Shown here: positions 1 to 8,017 of the stretch, in pieces
Layout of the letters: each line of letters starts with the position of its first letter
How positions within the stretch are numbered: the stretch's first letter is position 1
NCBI GenBank assembly: GCA_003221005.1
Contig: QHTZ01000100.1
Span: 1-26,852 of the forward strand
Length of the DNA: 26,852 nucleotides
Reading direction: 5' to 3'
DNA from: Gemmatimonadota bacterium
GTDB lineage: Bacteria > Gemmatimonadota > Gemmatimonadetes > Gemmatimonadales > GWC2-71-9
Notes under the pieces: generated by a model
Database searches by the model: none
What the model saw: only the letters and a program-made list of their open reading frames with translations
Told to the model about the DNA's origin: nothing
Made by a program: the position numbers and the translations under genes

Positions 1-1824
1 CAGGACGCACGCTTCACCGCCACCAATTCGGGTCCCTGGTACGCGTTCGCGGTGGTGTTCAAGCCGACGGCCTCCGACGCAAGTCCGCCGTCGACCCCGA
101 CAGTGGTGAGCGCCAGCCCAACCGGCACCAGCATCACCGTGTCCTGGACAGCATCGAGCGACAACGTCGGTGTCGCCGGTTACTCGGTATACCGGAACGG
201 GTCCCTGCTGACGACAGTCGACGGTCCGACTCTCGCCTACGTGGACGGCAGCGTGGGCTCCGTCGCCACATACACGTACACGATCGACGCGTTCGACGCC
301 GCCGGCAATCACTCGGCGAGGTCGGCGCCGGCCACGGTGACGACGCCAGACTGGGTGCCGCCGGCCGTGCCGGGCGGGGTATCGGCGACGGCGGTTTCCC
401 AGACGCAGGTCAATATCGGGTGGAATGCCTCGACGGACAACGTGGGCGTCGCCGGCTACGACGTGTTCAGGGACGGCGCCCTCCTCGCCACGGTGGGAGC
501 CTCAACGAGCGGCTACAGCGACAGCACGGTGAGCGCCTCCACCACGCACTCGTACACCGTCGACGCATTCGACCTGGCCGGCAATCACTCGGTCGCATCG
601 GCGCCCGCCTCGGTCACCACTCCCGCGCCGCCCGACACGACGCCTCCGGCGAGCCCACCGGGCGTGGCCGCGACCGCGACGTCGCCCACCAGCGTAGTCG
701 TGAGTTGGTCGGCGTCTTCCGACGATGTCGGAGTGACCGGCTACGACCTCTACCGCGACGGGGCCTCCGTCGGCACGGTGGGCCGGTCGACGCTGCAGTA
801 CACCGACACGGTCGCGTCAGGGAGCACGCACTCGTACACAGTCGACGCCTTCGACGCCGCCGGCAACGTGTCGGCGCAGTCGGCGCCGCCGGTGTCCGTG
901 ACAACGCCGACCTCGGACACGGCACCCCCGAGCGTACCCAGCGGAGTCACCGCGAGCGCGAGCGGGCCGGCGGCGGTTCTCGTCACCTGGACTGCTTCGA
1001 CCGACAACGTCGGCGTCGCCGGCTACGACGTCTTCCGCAACGGCATCATCCTTTCGACCCTCTCCTCGACGACGCTTTCGCTGACCGATAGCGGCGTCAC
1101 ACCGGGAGGCAACTACAGCTACACGGTCGACGCATTCGACGCCCAGGGCAATCACTCCGCAGCGTCGTCTCCCGCCGCCGTGCACGTGCCCGCGCAGATC
1201 AAGTTCGTCCAGGGCAAGGTGGCCACGACGGGCTCGCGTGTGACTTCGATGACACTGTCGCTCGGCGCAGTCGCCGCCGGCGATCTGCTGGTCGGCTGGT
1301 TCGCACAGTACGACGCCGCCGGCCAGGTGAATGTGACCGACAACCTTAACGGCCTATGGACGCGATCATCCGCGGCCACGACGTGGAAGGGCACCGCGGG
1401 CGACATCGCCCTCTATTACCTGGCCAATGTCTCGGCCGCGCCGAGCCTGACCATCAATGTCTCAGCCGCGGCGGCGACGTACCTTCAGGCGTCGGTCTCG
1501 GAGTACTCGGGTGTGGCCGCGAGCGGACCGCTCGACCAGATTTCAGTCAACAAGGGAACGAGCACGACTGCGGATTCCGGCCTCACCGGTGCGATCGGCG
1601 CGGGTGAGCTCGTGTACGGCGCCGTCGTGGCGAGCACCGGACCGGGCACGCTCGCGCCGGGATCCACGCAGGGCGTCAACTACGTCGCGCGAGCGCAGTC
1701 GAGCTCAGGCTCGCAGGGCGAAGAGGACGTGCTCTCGAGCGTCGCGGGTCAGCAGCGCGCGGGCTACACGTTTGGTACGTCGGTGCCCTGGTTCATCGTC
1801 TGTGCAACCTTCAAGGCCGCGTAG
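1..1824 (+). CDS. Large surface/secreted protein (5'-truncated) with four fibronectin type III repeats and a C-terminal beta-rich domain
   Basis: Frame is open from base 1 (QDARFTATNSGPWYAFAVVFKP...), so the true start lies upstream of the window. Four D-x2-PP..W.AS.D[ND]VGV.GY.[VL][YF]R[ND]G..Y.Y.[VI]DAFD..GN.S units are classical bacterial FN3 repeats. Stop TAG at 1822-1824. Confidence 0.9.
   Translation, partial: QDARFTATNSGPWYAFAVVFKPTASDASPPSTPTVVSASPTGTSITVSWTASSDNVGVAGYSVYRNGSLLTTVDGPTLAYVDGSVGSVATYTYTIDAFDAAGNHSARSAPATVTTPDWVPPAVPGGVSATAVSQTQVNIGWNASTDNVGVAGYDVFRDGALLATVGASTSGYSDSTVSASTTHSYTVDAFDLAGNHSVASAPASVTTPAPPDTTPPASPPGVAATATSPTSVVVSWSASSDDVGVTGYDLYRDGASVGTVGRSTLQYTDTVASGSTHSYTVDAFDAAGNVSAQSAPPVSVTTPTSDTAPPSVPSGVTASASGPAAVLVTWTASTDNVGVAGYDVFRNGIILSTLSSTTLSLTDSGVTPGGNYSYTVDAFDAQGNHSAASSPAAVHVPAQIKFVQGKVATTGSRVTSMTLSLGAVAAGDLLVGWFAQYDAAGQVNVTDNLNGLWTRSSAATTWKGTAGDIALYYLANVSAAPSLTINVSAAAATYLQASVSEYSGVAASGPLDQISVNKGTSTTADSGLTGAIGAGELVYGAVVASTGPGTLAPGSTQGVNYVARAQSSSGSQGEEDVLSSVAGQQRAGYTFGTSVPWFIVCATFKAA
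76..1190 (+). repeat. Four tandem FN3-coding repeats (~90-95 codons each)
   Basis: Recurrent DNA blocks gacaacgtcgg..gtcgccggctac and gacgc.ttcgac...g.cggcaa at roughly 280-nt period. Confidence 0.9.
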
Positions 1825-1875
1825 CGAACCGAATCGAGACAGAGGCGTGGGACCGAGGATCCCGCACCGGAAACG

Positions 1876-2499
1876 CTAGGCCAACGCCCTCCGCGGGATG
1901 GCGACGGTCAGCTCCGTCCCCGCGCCGGGATAGCTGGTCACCTTGAGGTCGGCGCCGAGGAACAATGCACGCTCGCGCATTCCGAGCATGCCCATACCGA
2001 GAGGCACTGATTCGTCGAGATCGATCCCGCGCCCGTTGTCGGTAATGACCGCGAGGAGGCGGTCCATCGTGTCTGTGAGCACGACGTTGGCCTCGGTTGC
2101 ACCGCTGTGCTGGCGGACGTTGGTCAGGCCCTCCTCGATGATCCGATAGAGATTGACGGCGGCGGGTGATTTCACGCGCCTGGGCCACCCCTCGCTCAAG
2201 ATGAGCTTGGTCTTGATCGACGTGCGTGCTGAGAATCGATCGACGAGTGTTCGGACCGACTCTTCGAATCCCTGACCGATTTCGGTTGGGTCACTCCGCA
2301 GTTCGTAAAGGACCTCGCGGAGGCTGCCGAGAACCTCGCGTGTCGACGTCTGCAGCGCCTCCATCTGGCGTAGCACGCTCTGCCGTCCGTGCTGCTCGGT
2401 CTTGTAGTGCTCGAGCTCGATGAGCATCGTGGTGAGGGTTTGCGCAACGCGGTCGTGAAGTTCGCGCGCCAGGAGGCGGCGAAGGTCGTCGTCCTGCAT
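1876..2499 (-). CDS. Soluble NarX/DegS-type histidine kinase (HisKA_3 + HATPase_c) without a sensor domain
   Basis: H-box LARELHDRVAQTL, N-box YRIIEEGLTNVRQHS, G1 ITDNGRG, G2 GMGMLGMRERA, terminal GAGT. ATG at 2499 is preferred; the alternative start at 2571 adds no recognisable domain. Confidence 0.9.
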   Translation of the reverse strand: MQDDDLRRLLARELHDRVAQTLTTMLIELEHYKTEQHGRQSVLRQMEALQTSTREVLGSLREVLYELRSDPTEIGQGFEESVRTLVDRFSARTSIKTKLILSEGWPRRVKSPAAVNLYRIIEEGLTNVRQHSGATEANVVLTDTMDRLLAVITDNGRGIDLDESVPLGMGMLGMRERALFLGADLKVTSYPGAGTELTVAIPRRALA

Positions 2500-2866
2500 C
2501 CCGGCATAGCCTCGTTGACTGCGGTTTGGCCGATGCCGTACCGAATCTCGGGATGCAACCGCGGTCGGCACTGAACTTACCCCACCCCTGGCATTAAGAA
2601 TCCGACGCCGACCGCACCCACCCGCCTCGCGAGCAGCTGCCGCGCGATGGCCGTTTCATAACCTTAAGTATCTTTCAGGCTTGCGGCAATGGATAGTACT
2701 GACCATTTTTTGGACGCGCCTTGATCAATGGCTGTTAATCGAGAAGAAATCTGCTAAGCAGGTACATAAAGGTCGGCAATCTCTAGCCGGCGGGGCGTGG
2801 TCGTTTCTATCCGGGAGCGAACATCGCCGAGCGGGCGGCCATATGTCGATCGCCATGGCGTGGCCA

Positions 2867-3015
2867 GGGACAGTTGGCCATCCGGGTTGGGGACATCGTT
2901 GCGGACCTCCATCGAGCGAAGTCCCATCGGGTCGTGCGAATCTGTCTCGGGACAATTCGGTAGCCGCGCCATCCGTTGACGAGAGCCGAGTCCTCCGCTC
3001 CGGGACGTCCGTCCC
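2867..3015. promoter_or_regulatory. Cluster of GGGAC-N4-GTCCC-like (NarL/DosR-type) operator boxes and half-sites
   Basis: Perfect GGGAC-gtcc-GTCCC at 3002-3015; GGGAC-agtt-GGCCA at 2867-2880; half-sites GGGAC at 2890 and 2949 and GTCCC at 2921. All lie in the divergent intergenic region. Confidence 0.5.
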
Positions 3016-3069
3016 ATTTTCGAGGCCCTAGCGCCGGTCCTAGATTGCGCCGGAAGGACTCGATAGCGC

Positions 3070-3775
3070 TTGTTGATTTTCAGGTCAGAGAAGTCAGGTG
3101 AATTCATCGCGACAGCGCGGAAATCGCCGTCGCTCTTGTTGCTTGAGCCGCATCCGCTCTACCGTGCTGCGCTGAGGAGCCTTCTCGAGAGTCCGCGCAT
3201 CAAGGTCGGCGTTGACTCCGCCTCATCGCTCGAAGAGTGCACCACACTTCTCTTGGAATCGGCGTTCGACCTGGTCGTGGCCGCGATCACGCCGGAGCTG
3301 ACGCCGCGTCGCGTCCTCGCCGCGGTTGCCCAGGCGCGTATGGGCGTGCCGGTCCTGTTTCTGGCCGAATCACGCGATCTGCAAGGCAGGATCGAGGCAA
3401 TGCGCGCCGGCGCGACCGGAACCCTGACCCGCAACGCGACGCCCGAGGATTTCGTGGCCGCTATCCAGGCCGCGCTGCGCCCGCCGCAGCATGGACGAGG
3501 CGCTGGCCGATCGCTTGCTCTCGAGCGCGGCCAGCATCGACCGCTCGCTCGACCACGCGGCCCTGTCGACCACCGAGCGCGAGATCCTCGGCCTGCTCGG
3601 TGTGGCCTGGTCGACGCGCGCAATCGCGGACGCGCGTGGCATCACCCCGAAGTCGGTGCGCAACCACGTGACCAACATCTATCGAAAGCTCGGCGTCAGC
3701 AGCCGTCCGGAAGCGGTGCGGTACGCGGCGCGGATGGGGATTCGGCCCGCGGCGGAGCAGGTGACCCACCCATGA
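3070..3775 (+). pseudogene. NarL/LuxR-family regulator with an atypical Asp-less receiver, split by a frameshift near 3481
   Basis: Frame of 3070 encodes a REC fold (LLLLEPHPLYRAALRSLL..FDLVVAAI..AMRAGATGTLTR..FVAAIQAALR). The LuxR HTH (LSTTEREILGLL..STRAIADARGITPKSVRNHVTNIYRKLGV) continues in the frame of 3491..3775. Start codon uncertain. Confidence 0.8.
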
Positions 3776-3826
3776 CACATGTCCCATGCGTCCTCGGGGC
3801 TCCCGCACAGGCGGGGCGAATGTCAC
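3772..3826. promoter_or_regulatory. Two degenerate GGGAC-N4-GTCCC boxes upstream of the polysaccharide operon
   Basis: ATGAC-acat-GTCCC at 3772-3785 and GGGGC-gaat-GTCAC at 3813-3826. Confidence 0.4.
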
Positions 3827-3920
3827 GCACCAATTCGAGGCGGGCCGATGGCCGTCCTTTCCAGCGCACGGCACCTGGGCAAGTCGTGCGTTTCACGCCG
3901 CGTTCGCCGGAGGTGGAGGG

Positions 3921-5246
3921 CTGAGCACCCTGACGCCGTCCGCCCCTGGTATGGACATCGAGGACGTCGTGCGCCGGATCCTCTTCGCTTACTGGCCGCT
4001 CATCGTCCTGTTGGTCGGCATCGGCATCGCGGCGCCTGGCGCCTACCACCTGAATGACGAAACGACCTATACGGCATCTGTGCGCTTCGTCATCGACGCG
4101 CCCGACCCCCAGGCGGTCAACGAGTCGACCGCCGTCGCCGACACCGCGCGGTCGATCGTTACGAGCCCGAGCCACGTCGCCGTCGCGCTCACGACGGCCG
4201 GCGTCACCAAGGACCCGGTGAGGTTCGCGAGCCGCAACATCGAGCTCCAGCCGCTGGGTTCGTCCGGCGTCCTCGTGCTCAAGGTCAAGGACACCAACCC
4301 GAGGGCCGCCGCCGCGATCGCCAACCTGCTCGCCGCCGACGCGATCGCGACCAGGATCGAGATCAGCCGGTCGCAGGCGCAGTCCATGGTGGCCGCGCTC
4401 ACCGCGCAGATCTCGGACCTCGACGCACGCATCGCCGCGCTCGACGCGCAGACAGCCAACTTTCGCGCCATCCCGGTCGACGAGCTGAACGGCCTGTACG
4501 CCGAGCGGGCGACCCTGGCCCAGGAGAGGCTCACGCTCGAGTCCGAGCGGCTGCGGATGAGCTCATCCCTGGCGCTGCGACCCCAGGGCGGCGTCGTCGA
4601 TGCGGCGGACGCGCCCACGGTGCCCGACGCCTCGAGAGCGCCGGTGGACATGGCGCTGGGAGGCCTCGGTGGGCTGGTTCTCGGAGTCCTGGTCGCTGCC
4701 CTACTCGCGACCTTCCGGCCGCGGATCAGCGGCAAGCGCAGCCTGCAGGCGGCCCTCTCGGCTCCGGTCCTCGGAGACGCGAGCGAGTCGGAAGCCGTCG
4801 GTGGGGCCAAGCTGACGACGAAGATCCAGCTCGCCGCCAAGCGCGCCGGCGTGACCCGGCTGCAGCTTGCGCCCCTGGGCCGCGGCGAACAGTCGGACGC
4901 GGTGACCAGGCTGCTGGCCGAGCGCATGTCGCTCGACACGGGTCTCGCCGAGACCACGGCCCCCGGCCACGGTCAGGCGAAGAAGGGTAACGACAAGCCC
5001 CTCGTCGTGAAGCGGCTCGATCTCTCGTTCCCGAGCAGGAACGGCGACTTCGCCCATACCGGTCTGCTGCTGGTCGTGCCCAATACGCTCGACAAGAAGG
5101 CTCTGGCCAGCGGCGCTGACCTCGTTGAGCTAACTGGGTGGCCGGTGGCCGGCATTGTGACTTACGAGGAAGACCAGGGCGACCGTTCGGCGTGGAAGGC
5201 GTCGGTTGCATATGTCTCGCGGAGGCTGCCGTGGCGCTCGCGATAG
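3921..5246 (+). CDS. Polysaccharide co-polymerase / chain-length determinant (Wzz/Wzc-like) with a degenerate C-terminal kinase domain
   Basis: N-terminal MDIEDVVRRILFAYWPLIVLL TM, YTASVRFVI, AAAIANLLA, coiled coil, VVDAADAP, second TM, then ALSAPVLG. Start is CTG 3921 (GGAGG at 3909-3913) or ATG 3951. Confidence 0.85.
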   Translation: MSTLTPSAPGMDIEDVVRRILFAYWPLIVLLVGIGIAAPGAYHLNDETTYTASVRFVIDAPDPQAVNESTAVADTARSIVTSPSHVAVALTTAGVTKDPVRFASRNIELQPLGSSGVLVLKVKDTNPRAAAAIANLLAADAIATRIEISRSQAQSMVAALTAQISDLDARIAALDAQTANFRAIPVDELNGLYAERATLAQERLTLESERLRMSSSLALRPQGGVVDAADAPTVPDASRAPVDMALGGLGGLVLGVLVAALLATFRPRISGKRSLQAALSAPVLGDASESEAVGGAKLTTKIQLAAKRAGVTRLQLAPLGRGEQSDAVTRLLAERMSLDTGLAETTAPGHGQAKKGNDKPLVVKRLDLSFPSRNGDFAHTGLLLVVPNTLDKKALASGADLVELTGWPVAGIVTYEEDQGDRSAWKASVAYVSRRLPWRSR

Positions 5247-6433
5247 AGACCGAGCAGCCCATCCCGTTCGCGCGCACTGTGATCACGGCGAGGGCGCGCC
5301 AGGCAGCCTCGCGTGTCATGGCTTCGGGCTGGGTGACGACGGGCCCAGAGGTGGTCGCCTTCGAGAAGGACTTTGCGCAGTGGGTCGGCGCGCAGCATGC
5401 GGTCGGGGTGGCCTCATGCACCGCCGCGATCGAGATTTCGCTACGCGCGCTGGAGCTGGCGCCGGGTTCACGCGTGCTCACGTCGACGATCACCTTCTGC
5501 GGCGCGATCCACGCGATCATCCACGCGGGGCACATTCCGGTTCTGGCGGACGTCGATCCGGTGACGCTGATGCCGAATGCTGACACCATCGCCGCCGCGC
5601 TCGGGCGAGGGGTCGATGCGATGGTCGTGACGCACTACGGCGGTCATGGCGCACCGGTGATGGAGCTGGCTGCGGCTGCTCGACTGCCGCTCTCGCGAGT
5701 GGTGGAGGACGCCGCGCATGCGCTGGGTACGACGATTGGCGCGAGGCGGGTCGGCAGCATCTCCGGCGCGACGTGCTTCAGCTTCTACGCGACCAAGAAC
5801 CTGCCAATAGGTGAGGGTGGAATGATCACGACAGACGACGCGAGGATTGCGTCGCTGTCGAGAACGCTGCGGATCCACGGCATGAGCGGCGACGCGTGGA
5901 AGCGCTACATGCCGGGCGCGAGCTGGCGCTACGACGTGACCGAAGACGGGATCAAGGCCAACATGACCGACGTCCAGGCGGCGATCGGGCGCGTTCACCT
6001 CAAGTCCCTCGCCTCGTGGCAGCGGCGCCGAGAAGAGCTCGCCGCCCACTACGACACCGGCCTGTCGTTCGTCCGGGGCATCGTCCCTCCACCGCATCCC
6101 GCAGAGGGAAGGCATGCATGGCACCTCTACGTGATCAAGGTCAAGCCGGAGTTCGGCGTCACGCGGGACAAGCTGATCTCCGCGCTGACGGCGCAGGGGA
6201 TCCACTGCTCGGTGCACTTCATCCCGAACCACCTGCAGCCCTACTTCCGCAGGTTCATCGCTCGTGGTTCCGACTTCTCCGCTGCCGACGCTGCGTTCAG
6301 GGAAATCGTTTCGCTGCCGTTCTATCACTCGCTCACGACGAGGGAGATTGACCGCGTCTGCGCGGCGATCGCCGAGATCGGAGCGTTCAGTCGTGTCACG
6401 ACCACGACGCCGACCCCGGCATTCAGGTGGTGA
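5231..6433 (+). CDS. DegT/DnrJ/EryC1/StrS PLP-dependent sugar aminotransferase
   Basis: SGWVTTGPEVVAFE, SCTAA, VVEDAAHA, FSFYATKNL (PLP lysine), GEGGM, AWHLY, SLP. GTG at 5231 follows GGAGG at 5221-5225. Confidence 0.95.
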   Translation: MALAIETEQPIPFARTVITARARQAASRVMASGWVTTGPEVVAFEKDFAQWVGAQHAVGVASCTAAIEISLRALELAPGSRVLTSTITFCGAIHAIIHAGHIPVLADVDPVTLMPNADTIAAALGRGVDAMVVTHYGGHGAPVMELAAAARLPLSRVVEDAAHALGTTIGARRVGSISGATCFSFYATKNLPIGEGGMITTDDARIASLSRTLRIHGMSGDAWKRYMPGASWRYDVTEDGIKANMTDVQAAIGRVHLKSLASWQRRREELAAHYDTGLSFVRGIVPPPHPAEGRHAWHLYVIKVKPEFGVTRDKLISALTAQGIHCSVHFIPNHLQPYFRRFIARGSDFSAADAAFREIVSLPFYHSLTTREIDRVCAAIAEIGAFSRVTTTTPTPAFRW

Positions 6434-6434
6434 G

Positions 6435-8015
6435 TTGAGCACGCTCCAGGAGATTGGAGACGCGGCGGTCGTCAATGGCGATGCCAACGGCCACGGCACC
6501 AACGGCCACGCCAAAACGAACGGCAACGGTCGCAACGGCAATGGCGCAAACGGCCACGCCGGGGCGCTCACGTGCCTGGTGGTCGGTGCCGGCAAGGCAG
6601 GGCGCATCATCGCGCGCGACCTGAGAAACCTGCCCGAGTTCGGGCTCCGGCCGATCGGGTACCTCGACGACGACCCAAAGCGCCAAATGGTGGCCGGCCT
6701 GCCCGTCCTCGGCACGCTCGGCGACCTGGCGGAAGTCTGCCGGCAGCGGCACGTCGAGGTGGTCGTCATCGCCATCCCCTCGCTGCCGTCGACCGCGATC
6801 CGGCGCCTTGCCGAGAGCGCGGCCGAGGCGGGCACGCATGTCCGCTACCTGCCTTCGTTCGTCGCCGCGCTCGAGCGTGAGACCCTGATCCACGAGCTGC
6901 GCCACATGCGCATCGCGAGCTTGCTCGGCAGGCAGGAGATGCATGTGGTCCGCACCGACTCGCAAAGCGTCGTGGCGGGCAAGCGCGTGCTGGTGACCGG
7001 CGCCGGCGGCTCGATCGGCAGCGAGCTGTGCCGGCAGATCAAGGGTTTTGGCCCGTCGGCGCTCTATCTGCTCGACCACGACGAGTCGAACCTGCATCGC
7101 GTGCAGATGCAGTTGGAAGGGAGGGCGCTGCTCGACACCGACGACTTGATCATCGCCGACATCCGCGATGCCGGCCGGATCCACCAGATCTTCAGAGCGG
7201 TGCGGCCCGAGGTTGTGTTCCATGCCGCCGCGCACAAGCACCTGCCGCTGCTCGAGAGGCATCCCGCCGAAGGCGTGAAGTCCAACGTCCTTGGCACCAA
7301 GACGCTCGTCGGTGCAGCGCTCGAGGTTGGGGTGGAGAGGTTCATCCTCATCTCGACCGACAAGGCGGCCGACCCGGTCTCGATTCTCGGCGCCACCAAG
7401 CGGCTGGCCGAGCTGATCGTGCAGTCGCGGGCCGGCGGCACGACGCGTTTCGCCTCCGTGCGGTTCGGCAATGTTCTCGGCAGCCGGGGCTCGTTCCTCA
7501 CGGTGCTGTCAGAGCAGATCGAGAAGGGCGAAGAGATCACAGTCACGCACCCCGAGGTCATGCGGTTCTTCATGACCGTCGAAGAGGCGGTTGGCCTCGT
7601 CATCGAGGCGGCCAGCATGGCAGAGGCGGGGGAGACCTTCGTTCTCGACATGGGCGAGCCCGTGCGCATCGTCGACCTGGTTCATAGCTACGCGAGCCAG
7701 ATGCACGTCGACGCGCGCAAGCTGCAGATCCGTTTCACCGGCTTGCGACAGGGAGAGAAGCTGAGCGAAGACCTCTTCAGCAAATCGGAAGAGCGCCGGC
7801 CGACCGCGCATCCGAAGATCAGCGCGGTCTTTCCCGGTGCGCTGCCACCCCATTTCGCCGACCGGCTCGACGAACTCATCTTCGCAGCCTCCGCTAACAG
7901 GCCGCCGCACGAGATCAAGCGTTACCTCGCACGCGCGCTCCCGGACTACAGCCCTCCGGGCGACGCGCCGGTCGAAAACGGCAGCCTTCAGGGCGTCTAT
8001 CCGGACGACTTCTGA
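6435..8015 (+). CDS. Nucleoside-diphosphate-sugar 4,6-dehydratase (PglF/CapD/WbpM-like) lacking the N-terminal membrane domain
   Basis: VVGAGKAG..GYLDDDP domain, then VLVTGAGGSIGSELCRQI, FHAAAHKHLP, ISTDKA, GATKR, VRFGNVLGSRGS, RFFMTVEEA, LDMGEPV, GLRQGEKLSE. TTG at 6435 lies one base after the upstream TGA. Confidence 0.93.
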   Translation: MSTLQEIGDAAVVNGDANGHGTNGHAKTNGNGRNGNGANGHAGALTCLVVGAGKAGRIIARDLRNLPEFGLRPIGYLDDDPKRQMVAGLPVLGTLGDLAEVCRQRHVEVVVIAIPSLPSTAIRRLAESAAEAGTHVRYLPSFVAALERETLIHELRHMRIASLLGRQEMHVVRTDSQSVVAGKRVLVTGAGGSIGSELCRQIKGFGPSALYLLDHDESNLHRVQMQLEGRALLDTDDLIIADIRDAGRIHQIFRAVRPEVVFHAAAHKHLPLLERHPAEGVKSNVLGTKTLVGAALEVGVERFILISTDKAADPVSILGATKRLAELIVQSRAGGTTRFASVRFGNVLGSRGSFLTVLSEQIEKGEEITVTHPEVMRFFMTVEEAVGLVIEAASMAEAGETFVLDMGEPVRIVDLVHSYASQMHVDARKLQIRFTGLRQGEKLSEDLFSKSEERRPTAHPKISAVFPGALPPHFADRLDELIFAASANRPPHEIKRYLARALPDYSPPGDAPVENGSLQGVYPDDF

Positions 8016-8017
8016 TC

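Noticed and set aside
76-1190. CRISPR-like or mobile repeat array
   Set aside because: The repeats are degenerate, in-frame and encode FN3 domains.
2681-3107. ORFs 2681..3031 (+) and 2754..3107 (-)
   Set aside because: No recognisable motifs, atypical codon usage, and they overlap the probable promoter region.
3470-3495. Programmed ribosomal frameshift or phase-variable tract
   Set aside because: There is no slippery heptamer or homopolymer, only a short ccg/cgc run; a simple indel explains it.
3776-3924. C-terminal part of the 284-aa ORF 3070..3924 as a real domain
   Set aside because: It is out-of-frame read-through after the frameshift; the genuine HTH is in another frame.
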